DNA of 55,431 nucleotides, counting the filler, from Porpidia crustulata (taxonomy: Eukaryota), in assembly GCA_964255105.1 (NCBI GenBank). It is 4 parts of 4 records of this genome, joined end to end, with 100 filler letters (N's around TTAATTAATTAA, not from the genome) between each part and the next. Parts side by side here need not be neighbours in the genome. Positions count along the whole stretch, not along the records: positions 1 to 13,809 come from CAXUWE010000412.1; positions 13,910 to 27,714 come from CAXUWE010000413.1; 2 more parts are not named here. One strand, written 5' to 3'. The translations under genes and the position numbers were made by a program. How positions within the stretch are numbered: the stretch's first letter is position 1; every line of letters begins with the position of its first letter. Positions 11,998 to 23,081 of the stretch are shown in pieces. The notes under the pieces are model-generated. The model was not told the origin of the DNA. It worked only from the letters and a program-made list of their open reading frames with translations, and searched no databases.

Positions 11998-13320
11998 ATG
12001 GGCCTCGCAGTGAAAATGGTCTGGGATCCTTACAAGGTATTGGACCTTGATCCAAATGTTAGAAGTACTTGCGTTGGCTATGCCCCCTCAATGGGCCGTG
12101 AATGCCATAATCCAGTGTGTCTGGCGGACAGAGAGCGTGCATGTGACGCCCTAGACGTCATGGCAGGGAGCTGGCCGACAATTACCCCAGCATCACTCGA
12201 GAAACTTGGATGTCTCTTGCTATGCAAATATCGCCATCAAAACCAAAAATCAAAAATGGTGGAGAAATGGACTCAGCGAATTAAGGCTTTCCAGGATCTG
12301 GACCAGGACACGAAGAGGTCGGTCTCACAGATCAACCAACGTCAATACCAAGTCGAGAATCAATACCAAGTCGACAAGACTATCAAAGAACTGCTATCGA
12401 ACTTGGCGCAACGAGATCAGGAAGCCGAGAAGCTGCGAGAGCAATTAAGCAAGGCCCAGAAGGCTGAAGAGGAGGCCCTACAAGCAAAGGCGGGGGCGGA
12501 ACAGATGTCCCAATATCTTTCGATACAGTTGGACCACTGGAAACGCTTGGTTGCGGAGCATGTGAACCGAGATTCAAAGCTACGTTCAGAGAAAGAAAAT
12601 CTCGAAGCCAAATTGTGTTCTCGAGAACTAGAACATACCGATGCCAGGAAGTCCGGAGAGAGGCTGACCGAGGAGCTGGCACTGGTACGGGATCAGTTGG
12701 GGGAGATGCTGTGTAACCCACCACCTGCTGAACCCTGGTGGGCCATCAACTGCGAGCTATCCTCCGAATCAACCTACAACATAACCGCCAAAGTCCGCGA
12801 AGCATTTGCAGAGAATCAATCATCAGTCAAAGTTGCTCAACAACAAGTGTCCATCAAGGAAAAAGACAACTCCACCCTCCAACTCACCCTCGCTTCCGCT
12901 CAAGCAGAAACCGAGACCACCAAACAGCAACTCTCCGCCAAAGAAACCGCCTACACCACCCTCCAACAACGCCTCGCCTCCGCCCACGCAAGACTAGGAA
13001 CTCAAACCCAACAGCTCCTCCTCGGCGAAGAAACCCTTTCCAAAGCCCAACAAGAACTCACCTCCGTGCAAGAAGTCGCGAGAACCACAAAGCAGCAGCT
13101 TACACATCAGATCCGCGTTGATCGTCGGAATCAGGTCGAGGCGTCGAGGGCGATTGCGGAGATGAGCGAGATCGTACGGGTGGAGAGGAGGAGGGGGGAA
13201 GATGCGGAGAGGAGGATAGCGGCTGATGAGGAGTTGTTTTGTGCTTTGAGGCTGGGGGTGATGAGGGTTGTGGTTTGCATGTTGGTCGTGGGGGCTTTGC
13301 GGATGCTTGATAGAGTTTAA
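11998..13320 (+). CDS. Hypothetical protein: N-terminal Cys/His module, long coiled coil, C-terminal TM helix
   Basis: 440-aa uninterrupted frame from ATG 11998; CVGYAPSMGREC...LLCKYRHQNQ putative Zn ligands; heptad-rich body; terminal LGVMRVVVCMLVVGAL. Confidence 0.7.
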   Translation: MGLAVKMVWDPYKVLDLDPNVRSTCVGYAPSMGRECHNPVCLADRERACDALDVMAGSWPTITPASLEKLGCLLLCKYRHQNQKSKMVEKWTQRIKAFQDLDQDTKRSVSQINQRQYQVENQYQVDKTIKELLSNLAQRDQEAEKLREQLSKAQKAEEEALQAKAGAEQMSQYLSIQLDHWKRLVAEHVNRDSKLRSEKENLEAKLCSRELEHTDARKSGERLTEELALVRDQLGEMLCNPPPAEPWWAINCELSSESTYNITAKVREAFAENQSSVKVAQQQVSIKEKDNSTLQLTLASAQAETETTKQQLSAKETAYTTLQQRLASAHARLGTQTQQLLLGEETLSKAQQELTSVQEVARTTKQQLTHQIRVDRRNQVEASRAIAEMSEIVRVERRRGEDAERRIAADEELFCALRLGVMRVVVCMLVVGALRMLDRV

Positions 13321-13809
13321 GAGCTTTTGAGGTGTTCGGTCGTTTCGGAGTCTTGGGTTTTTTTCGTTTATGATTGTTGCTGTCGAAGAATAGTATCTCA
13401 AATATTGACACAGAAAATTTCGATGAATTCTCAACACGCTATCACCAAATCACTACCTCTAATCCAAGCCCTCTTCAGACATCGTCGAGGCCATGATATC
13501 GCACACCAAACAAACAAACAAATAAATAAAACAACCCCAAGGAGCGAACAAGTTTTTTTTAGTTTTTTTAATCCAAGACTTATCCGCACTATCAATCTAG
13601 CTCTACCTTACATGAAAAAAAACCCCAAAACAACGAAATAACAATCGGCACATGCCACTCATCCCTGACACCAAACCTAACAACGACAACAAACAACGAC
13701 ACAACCCGAACTCCCTGAAAGCGCAATCGCCAAAAATCAATGGCAAACCGACTCGACGTACGAGAGATTCGTTGATGGTTGTGGGTGTGGGGTGTGATTG
13801 GGGGAGGTT

Positions 13810-13909
13810 NNNNNNNNNNNNNNNNNNNNNNNNNNNNNNNNNNNNNNNNNNNNTTAATTAATTAANNNNNNNNNNNNNNNNNNNNNNNNNNNNNNNNNNN
13901 NNNNNNNNN
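13810..13909. other. Artificial contig spacer N44-TTAATTAATTAA-N44
   Basis: Exactly 100 nt; the core gives stops in all six frames; identical to the two other spacers. Confidence 0.97.
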
Positions 13910-14084
13910 CTCCATATGTGAAAGGAAAGGGATTATCAGAGGGAAGGGGTTGGGGCGTGGCTTGTGGGTATTTTGGTGAGGAAAATTTATGTCGCAAAGG
14001 TAGAGGAGCTAGATACCTTGGAGATAGCTAGGTCGTTACTCAACAGATACGACGCCATTTGTGAAAATCCTCGGTTAGGAAGCA

Positions 14085-16011
14085 TTATAGTTCATCGCCA
14101 TCGCCATCGATATCCGCATCCCGTATAACTTCATCCTCCTCCTCATTGAGCAAATTTCCAATCGCCGCGCTCTCCTGCAAGACCATCCTGGCCTCATCCT
14201 CGTCCACCCGCATATCTTCCATGACAAGCATCACGGCCATTTCAGGCGCCAGAACCGCTTGCACGTATCCGGCCACGCCGGCGGACAAGATGAGCTTGTC
14301 CGAGGCGGCGAGGCGGCGGATGCTGGGGGCGAAGGAGGCCATGATGTTTTCCATGCTGTTTTGAGGTCAGGAGGTGAGAAGCGTAAGATGCCAGTAGGGG
14401 GAAGGTAAGAGAACACATACATCAACCTCGACCCTCTCGATCCGTAGTACCCAGGAGCCAACCCTTCGAACCCCTGGCCACTCAGTAGACTTTGCTGTAG
14501 CGTCCGGTTCTGGCGGCTTTTCACCTGGTCTTCATAAGCGTTACGGTAAAAAGAAACTTTGCTGCCCTTCAAGATAGCATCGACCACTGAGTGAAACTTT
14601 TCAAGTCGTTCACCGAGGCGCGTCCAATCAATCTTTGGGTAACCCTTTGCTAGCCATTCGTTCTCAGCAGATTTCGCCTTGTGCGCCTTGCAGAACCTCG
14701 CTTGTTGCCGGATATTTAGTCTTTTGCCGCTGTCGAACTCTTCTAGAAAAGCTCGCTCCACGCGCTCTTGGCAGATGGGACACTTTGCTGATGGAGGCTG
14801 GGAGTAGGTAACAGTACCAAGTTCGGGGAAAGTGAATTGCTCCTTGAGCGCCTCGAGTTCGGGAGAGTCGGGTGCGGAGCTGATGGATGACAAGGAGCTA
14901 TCGTCGTCGAATGATGTGGAGGGTATGGACGAGGCTGTAACGGAGGATGTAGGCCCTCTATATTGCAGATCTGGCAATTGGAGCTTATCCTTAGAGGCTT
15001 CGACTAGATGCGTCAAGTCGCCTGCTCCTAGCTTGTCCGTCACTTCGATTGCATCTGGAACTTTGAATCTGCTCGACCTTGTAGCCTTTGGAGTATGTCC
15101 GTTACCCGAAAGCGCTACCGGCACAATAAATTCTCGAGGTGCTGGACCGTTGGTAGGGGTAGCGTCCCTAGAGGGCGGTATATCTGGTTGCTTAAATAGA
15201 TCTCGTTGGAATTCTTGCGGGGATTTGTGATTGTTTCTTGACGGACGGTTCATTGCTCTTCTCGCACGGGGTGTAAGTGGAGCTTTGAAGGCAACTCCTA
15301 CGGCTGGCTCATCCTCTTTATTCACTGCCTTGTCTTAGCAGATTAGACGACAAAATATGTTCAGATCCGCTTACATAGAGGTTCGATTGCCTTCGAATTT
15401 AGCGCACGAAAGCCTGACCTGTTCTTGGTCATCGCAGATACTTTGTTCTCCTCTTCATCCTCCTTTTCCTTCCTCGGTGAGACAGCAGTATGAATGTTTT
15501 TCAGGTTCATCCCATACTTCGCTTTAGATTTTGGCTTCGTGGTCCAAGAGTCGATGGGATCCTCTGCTTCAACTATGGCAACCGTCCTCGCAGCCTGGCT
15601 AGGCAATTTAAACCCTTTTTGAGAGTGGTTGAGACCTCTTGATCGCCCGCTGGCTGTGAAGGTCGAGGGGCGATATCGCGATGGCTCATTGAGAAGCTCC
15701 GAGGTAGCATCGTTACCTCTACTTTGAGGGGACTTCGACAGCCTCTCGGACCATTGTTCATAATATCCTATCTTTCTCTTTTTCGAAGGTATCAACTCGG
15801 TATCGGAGAGCTCGACGCTATGCACAGTGGAGGCTTCATCGCTCGAGTCCTTTGGAGGGGCATCGACATCTATACTCGGCGACCGTTGCTTCTGCGCTCG
15901 AGGCTTGGGATTCGCGTGGGGTCCATTCTGAAGCAAACTACCATAGCGCAGTCTCTCTGTTCTCATTCCAATCCTTCTAGGTTGCTGGGGTTCTTTATAT
16001 GAGAGGGCCAT
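14085..16011 (-). CDS. RTC4-like domain protein; exons 16011-15375, 15324-14421, 14355-14085
   Basis: CPIC...FCKAH, PGYYGSRG and GYVQAVLAPEMAVMLVMEDM...EARMVLQESAAIGNLLNEE fit the RTC4-like domain; introns GTAAGC...CAG (50 nt, acceptor choice inferred) and GTATGT...CAG (65 nt) restore frame. Confidence 0.8.
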
Positions 16012-16096
16012 TGAAATTCTACCCTCATCGAGATGCAAGCTTCACGTTCCCGGAACTTACGAGGCTTCTCCGCCTCTAAGCGCGGTTGGGTTGTCC

Positions 16097-16106
16097 ACGC
16101 GACGCG
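16097..16106. promoter_or_regulatory. Tandem ACGCG (MCB-core) motifs upstream of the RTC4-like gene
   Basis: acgcgacgcg ~90 nt upstream of the inferred ATG. Confidence 0.3.
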
Positions 16107-16432
16107 AGACCGCTTAGGGAACGATATCTACTGTTCCGCTTGGGGAAAAACCAGGACATCAATTTCGCAATCCGAAAAGGACTTTCTGGAGACACTGGCA
16201 GTATTAGGCTACCTCTCTATATTTTCAATTATCCAGTTCGACGAATTACCAGTCTCACTGTCTAGTAAGAAAATCAGGCCTACGAATAGAACTCCGTCTC
16301 TAATGCATCGCTTGTGGATAGAGCGACCTCCAAACTGAAGAACTGCAACCCACCAATGCCGCTCCGATAGCCAAGAATGGAAGACTCCGCAATCCGTACG
16401 CCACGCTAAATCAAATGTTGGAAGTAGAATTA

Positions 16433-19400
16433 CTACGCAAAAGTCATCTTGATCTCCTTCTCCTTCCCAAAGTCCTCATCTTCGTCATCTAGCCATGCAT
16501 TGTGCTCAAGGGTTGCGCCGCTTGTGCCAATGGGCATCGTCATCGAATGGGTCAGCTCTGGCCTGAGCGGATGCGATACGCTGTCATGCAAGTCCGGAGT
16601 GTGAACTATTCCGGCAGAGTTGGCAGCGGAGTGGAAAGATTGGTTGGAAGATGGCGATGGCTGAGAATCGCCAGGAGGCTTTTTATTTTGCGGCACGGGA
16701 TTCCTCGGGCTCTCGGCCCCGCTGTAGCTATCGTAGCCTCCATTGAAGGGATTGGACGCATGATCGTTCGTCAGTGATGCTTGCGATGTACTTGCATTTT
16801 GATTAGGCCGATGTGGGAGGCTTTCGTCGTAGCTTTTCATCTCCCGGAGGTTTGAATAGGGGCTTTCATCTCGGGGTTCGGCGGACGAAGTTGCGCCATT
16901 GAGATTTATCTTCATGGGTGGTAGAGTCGACTCCAGCTGCTTCACTTCTATCTGCTCGCTGGCGAGCTCCGCTTTGATAGCTTCGATGTCGAAAAGAACA
17001 TTATCCATACCTCCCTCAACGTGGCCTTCGCCATTGCGGTCGTCTTCACGCATGCTATCATCATACGTCTCCCAGCGCTTCTTTTCAGCAAGTTTGCCGC
17101 GCTTGAAGAACCCAAATCTCCTCTTCTCTGATTTGGTCTCTGCTTCCTTTCTAGCGTCGTCGATTTCTTTGATTAGTTCACGCTGGCGCTTCTCGTGGTT
17201 TTCTGGGTCAGGATCTTCGATTTCTGTGAACTCGTCGCTCTCAACTTCCCAACCCACCTCTCGAAGTAATCTTGGCATGGCTGCGCGATACGCCATGTGA
17301 CCATTGACCAACTTGGTAACATCAATGTTCTCAAGCCCTGGTATCTCTAATACCGGAGCAAGGCCAGCTATTCGCATGATACCACCGCTCGTAGCTCGGA
17401 AAAGGTAGCCTATGAAGATCAATGAATGCCTGGAGAGATAATAAGTGAAATTGGGCACTAACCCAAGATCCAATCATTAGATGCGTAGCCATTGACGAAA
17501 CGGCCCGATATGACCGTCCTAGCACGTAAGTATTCATCCTTATTGGCTACGATAGGAGATCCAAACAGGTATACATTTTGAATCAGTCCATATGCTCCTT
17601 TGGCCGCTAATTCTTTTAGACAGGAAAAGATAACTCGAGAGCCCAAAGAAAACCCGACTAATGTGATGGGTCTGACACCAAGATTTCTGTCGATCAAGGA
17701 GTCCGCAAGAATCAGGCCAGCAGCATTTGCTCGACCTAACGATACTGTCCAGGGATTATCGATGAGGTACGAGAGCTTTGTTAGGACTATAGGGAGTTGC
17801 AGTGATGCCATGAGAGCTACCAGAATGGTACTACCCAGAACTTGTTGTAGACCTTGGGTAAGAGCCTAACCTGCGTCAGCCCGTTAAACACACTTTACAC
17901 ATGGCCAGCAACTTGGAGCTTACCTCAGTAGCAAGGATGTTGATGGTCTGACCCATACTTTGTAGCATTTCCGGTTCCCACAGAACTGAGTACATATCAC
18001 CCATAATAGGATCTACCGTGCTGTATGGCAGTCGTACATCATCAACCTTACCGTTCATCCAACCAGAAATGGTTACGATAAGATTGACGCGCTTGTTATT
18101 GTGCAGCGGCCGGTACTCAAACGTTTGCACAGCACCTGTTCTCCGGTGAGACGCTCTAACGGCGATAGTCCCGCCTGTGACAACAGCACCGGACGCGATG
18201 AGCGCCGTACCTCCAGCTCCGGCAAGGAAACTGCTTGTACCAGCAACGCCTATGGTCGTGAATCCTGCGGCCAGACCGGCCCCAATGACCGGAGCTAAGA
18301 GGCCTGCGGAGAGCCCAATAACAAGACTCCCGCCAACAGTAGCAAGCCCCATCATCATGTACTTTCGCTTCAAAGCCAGCTTTCTCCGGTTCTCCATGTG
18401 CTCGGCTTCATCCCATGTTTCCTTATTTGCGGCCTCCTGCATTTCTAAAGAGTCGGTGACTCGCTTCTCAAATCGGCATATTTCTAGCCAAGAAACCTCC
18501 ATAGCAGAGCCTACACGTTCGAGAAGAACTCTTGATCGAGAATCGTAAATGGAATCTGCTATTAAGACAAGGAACAAATCGCAGAGAACGGTCCATCGGA
18601 GGTCAATATCAATGTTTTTAGTTGTTGGTAGCTGGGACGGAGTGCGGACCTCAGGCATGCCACCTTCCACGTGTTCTACGTATGGTGGTGGCGAAGATGC
18701 TTCAGCAGAGTCTTCCGTGACAGGGGTAGTCAAAGACTTGATTGATGCCCATTTCTCATTCTTCAGAGATGAAGATGGGGTCTCCTCGTTTTCAGGAGTT
18801 GTGTCTTCGGCCATGGGATTCTTGACGCGAGAGTTTTGCATCAAAGCCGTGGTCAGATCGCCAGGCTGGACACCGTGTTCGGCCAACTGCTCGATCATGA
18901 CTTGTTCTATGGTGTCTTAGTACTAGCACTCTGGTTTAAAATAGTATTTGAATTTACCTGATGAATCAATCTCCATGTGCGCATAGAGTCTTACCATCAT
19001 TTTCTGGCTCCACATCTTCATCGATTCTACCGAGATAAGCAGTTCCTTTTTGGTTGCTTTGGTTCCTTGCATTTCTTCCAACTCTTTGACCATTTCCGCC
19101 ATCGCCAATCTCGTAACACCTACGTAAGCTATCCTTTGCCCTTCTGTCAGCAAATCTTTTGTGGCTTGCATCTGCGCCAACGGATCTCGCTGTTCATCGT
19201 CGTCCTCGTCAATGACATCGATACCTTTCTTTTTGAACAGGTACTCCGTGTTGTCGTCCATGCTCGTTGCTGACTGAGCATCCTCGTCATTCTGGACACG
19301 AGTGTATCCTCTCCCTGCACCCCCAAGCCCTGAATAGGCGTTAGCCTCATCGTCAGAGTCGCGTGCTTCTCTTGCTACAAGCTTTCCATTGTCATCATAG

Positions 19401-19981
19401 AGATTATAAGGTGCAAATGCGGGCATATCCTGCCATTCGTCCTCTTTTTGGTGCTCTGGCTCTATACGCTGAGGTGCAAGGGCCTGATGTGACCATTCTG
19501 ACACCCCGCCAGCAATTATGACTGGCGCAGCTTGGGATGTCTTTTCGGTATCAATATTCGTGGCTTCTACGGTATGGTCGTGGTCAGTCCCGGGTACGTG
19601 GGGACTTGTAGACAGCGTTTGACAATATTCAGTGGATTCTGATGACCTGAGCTTCGAGTCTTGCCTTTCAGCCAGCTTTTTTCCGGCCTCATACTCAAGA
19701 TGGTTCGATCGATTCGATTCGATCTCTGTTGGGCCACCTTCGCCTGACTGCTTCAGTGCTTCTATTCCTGCATCGCCCCCCACCCCCGTACCATTTTCGG
19801 CTGTACGCCTATTTGGCCGCTTGACAGGCAAACCGAACTCATCAATGTGCTCGTGCTCGCTCATTACCGCAAGCGGAGCTGCATCTGACCTGGATTCATT
19901 TCCTTCAGCTATCACTCCAGTATCCAGGGGTATCTGTGCCGTGGCCTTTTCCTTTCCTGAACTTGGTTCACTGACAGGCAT
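16433..19981 (-). CDS. DUF726 / TMCO4-Mil1 family membrane protein with alpha/beta-hydrolase domain; introns 18957-18907, 17923-17866, 17462-17410
   Basis: YDSRSR, GLATVGGSLVIGLSAGLLAPVIGAG, WEPEML, RPITLVGFSLG (GxSxG) and VNGYASNDWILGYLFR motifs; three GT-AG introns join four ORFs in frame. Confidence 0.9.
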
Positions 19982-20809
19982 TGTTGTGCCTTAAGAGCTT
20001 ACCCATCTGGTTCAATCGCTGCAGTACAGCGCAAGACACAGAAGTGATGGGGATCACATTGAAGCAGAAATGCGGCTTAACCATAATAAGCAATATCAAC
20101 CTTATGCATGCTGCTATCCGAAAATTATACGAGAGAAATATACTGTGATTGTGAACAAGCTCTACGATTTGTTTACGCAACATGTACGGAGTCACGGCGA
20201 CCGGAATATCTCTAGCGCAGTCCAGCCTTGTTGGCAGCCAGTGAAGCAACCCTGGAGTCATCGCTGCAGCAGGTTGTCTGAACATAAACTGATACTCGAA
20301 TTCTTAAAGGATCTGATCTATGGGGTTATACCTCGGTACAAGGGGCCGCATGACCGAAGACTTCATCTGCTGTACAGGGCTTCCTAAGCGTTCCAATTTC
20401 TTGATACCGACTCGTAGGTTGACAGAAGACGCAATTGTTCACTTCACACTGCCGATACCGAGCGTTTGACGGTGAATAAGAATCTTCTCACGGAGCTTGA
20501 TTGTGCGAATAAGAATACCTTGTAGGTATGTACTTGAGCTATGCAAACCTTTCGCCACACCCCATTCGTAAACCATATAAAATCATTTTACACACAATGA
20601 GCGTAAATAGTTGGAAAATGAGTGTCTGGGTGCTGCTACCAAAGCGGCCAACTCCCCAATCCAACCCGTAGGTTACCCCCCACCCGAGACCTGAATAAGT
20701 AAGACGCCTTGTACCCCTTTCCCTCTAGAACTTCGGCCTGCGGAGTATGTGAAAAGCCAATCATAGACTAGAATGAGATTGACTATGGGCAAGATGTAGA
20801 TCTGGCGGA

Positions 20810-21574
20810 CTAGATCCACCCTGCTCCGAAGGGACCGAAGGGGTTACTAAAGCCAACGCCGAAGAGACCTTGGATCTCATCCACATACTCCTCTGCGCCA
20901 AACTTCTGCAAGCCGTGGCTCATCAGGAACATTTCTTCGTCGTCCAGAATCATGACATCCCTGGCGCCAATCGCCTCTGCAAGCTCGTTCACTTGTTCAA
21001 GCTCAGCACCAAATGGATGGTTGACTTCCGGTTTGCTGGAGAACATGTCAATACTGCTGCGGGCGTGGGAGGGGTTGTGAATCGTTGTAGGAGGCGGAAT
21101 CGATTGCGATAATGAACGCTGGCGGGCAATTTCTTGATGCGACTTTTTCGTGTGGGACATCGCACGTGATGGAATCGAAGGAACATCGGCGTCACTCGAA
21201 TCGTTGGAGCGACGAAACTTGCCAGCTGACGAAGGGGAACGGCCGGGTGTGCGAAAATAGTCGGTCAAGTGGTTTGGTTCCATTGGGCTTGGAGCCGAAT
21301 CGACCGAGGAGTTGTCTGGAGAAGTTCCACGCGACGAGAAGATCATGGAACTATCAGACTCGTCGGAGGAGCTGGTAGCGGAAGAGACGGCGCTGTAAAT
21401 ATCAGGAGCGTTGTATGCCAGAATATTGGTTGTCGACAGCAGCTCGAGAGGTTGCGAGATTGCGCTTCGTTTGATCGGTCCGGAGCGGTTCCTCATGCTG
21501 GCTGCCCGAGTTGGCGAAAGAAGAGAGGGATCTGGACGCTTGTTGCGCTTTGTGAAAGCTCTTGCGAGATCCAT
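20810..21574 (-). CDS. Conserved Pezizomycotina hypothetical Ser-rich protein (254 aa)
   Basis: Intronless ORF; ISQPLELLSTTNILAYNAPDI and HPFGAELEQVNELAEAIG motifs recalled from an uncharacterised fungal family. Confidence 0.8.
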   Translation of the reverse strand: MDLARAFTKRNKRPDPSLLSPTRAASMRNRSGPIKRSAISQPLELLSTTNILAYNAPDIYSAVSSATSSSDESDSSMIFSSRGTSPDNSSVDSAPSPMEPNHLTDYFRTPGRSPSSAGKFRRSNDSSDADVPSIPSRAMSHTKKSHQEIARQRSLSQSIPPPTTIHNPSHARSSIDMFSSKPEVNHPFGAELEQVNELAEAIGARDVMILDDEEMFLMSHGLQKFGAEEYVDEIQGLFGVGFSNPFGPFGAGWI

Positions 21575-22594
21575 TACGGATTAAGTTGTTTGTGTTATGA
21601 TATGTTGGTGTAGATTTCAAGTCGACCTGGCCTCGAGGTCCTTTGCGAGTAGATTTCCCGATAGATATGACTCTCTGACGTGAAGCAGCAAATTGAGTCA
21701 GGCGGTTAAATCGATCACAGTATTGGTGTTCGTGGTCGTCTGATGAAAACTAGCGCGATTGTGATGTTTTGAAAGAATGTGTTCTGCGATGCGTAGCAGC
21801 GAACCGGTAAATTCGAACGTGATCCTGCAGACACAGTCCGAAAAAATGAATGAGGCTGTGATGTTGTAAAAAGAGTGTTACAACAACACGAGGGTGAATG
21901 GCGATGAACTGAGAAAGCTCGACCTGCGGCGAAGAAGTGTGAAGTATGATTGAATCAAAGAGAGGGCGAACGAGGTGGATTTGTTTGACTCCTGAATCCA
22001 TCAGGAGGGGGTGATGTTTAGCGTTGCAAGGATTAAGAATTTTTCCCGCTAAAATGAGTCTTCCAAGCCAATCATAACCCACCATCTCGGCTACGACAGG
22101 GCAAACACCTGTTTCACTCCACATAATGATACTCTCTAACCTCTTTACAGCTTTAGCTTTATACCCTCCCCGGTCGTCCAGCTCTCAATTGGTCAAAGTC
22201 ACAACTCGTTTGTGCAAAGTGCTCAAGACCATCATCACCACCAAGCTGGTCCCGGCGCTGGGCTTGGTGGCTTGATCGATTGTTGACCATAATATATTGG
22301 CGTTACCTAAACATGGATTCAACTTGGATCGAATGCCTCTTTACAGCGTCCCAAATGAAGCATGTGTAGACATCTGGGAATTCAATCTGTGTAATACTTG
22401 TTACAGCGACTTGAGTGTAGACTCTTTGTGGCTAATCAAGTATTGCGGAATCCACAGGCTTGTACAGAGGAAAACTGAAGGATCAAAGGATTTTTGACGT
22501 GCATTTACCGTATTCATGTGACAGTACTATATTGCACGTCTCAATATCCCTACGGCAAAGATGGCTCTCGATACGAAAAAGTGTTTCAAGGTCG

Positions 22595-22870
22595 GACCCA
22601 AGTCACACCGATGACTGACGGTAGTCTCCCTTCTTGTTTTGCGAAATGAAACCGTTTGGGGTGCTTCGACCACATCCTCGCCTCGGTTTCCCGCTTCTAC
22701 TTTCTGTCATTTCTGTTATGCAATACCAGACCAAGATATCGAGAGTACGAAGTCGTGGGAGTGTAACCGAGAGACTACTTGAAAGAACTGCCTTGACGTT
22801 AAGGCTTTGGCGCATTGGGGGCCAAGTCTTGGGCGACCTCTGTTTCCTACCCCTGCTTTGGGTCACATAA
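22595..22870 (+). ncRNA. Candidate structured non-coding RNA, family not identified
   Basis: Nested helices: 22595-602/22857-864, 22621-628/22771-778 (8 bp perfect), 22648-654/22684-690 (7 bp perfect), long hairpin 22690-22759, 22790-805, 22807-825; mismatches resolve as G-U on the + strand. Confidence 0.4.
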
Positions 22871-23081
22871 GCACCCATCCACTTGCAAACGTACTAGAGC
22901 TCCAACTGGAAATCATGCCGCATGCTTTGTCTACCCCGATGCCGCAATCTGGGGCTCGGTAAGGACCTGATGGGCGATCGAGAGGCGCAAAGCGTCCTAA
23001 GGACTGCCCTTTTCCCAGTAACGACGTGAGTCTATACGTTGGTAGATAGATTTGGAAACGACTAGATGACGGTCAGTAACC

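Noticed and set aside
13854..13865. TTAATTAATTAA palindrome recurring every ~13.9 kb as a biological periodic element
   Set aside because: Always centred in N44 flanks; artificial six-frame-stop linker
22838..22915. snR30/U17 assignment for the structured RNA candidate
   Set aside because: TGTTTCCTA and AAATCAT only loosely resemble the m1/m2 motifs and are not placed in a 3' hairpin before an ACA box
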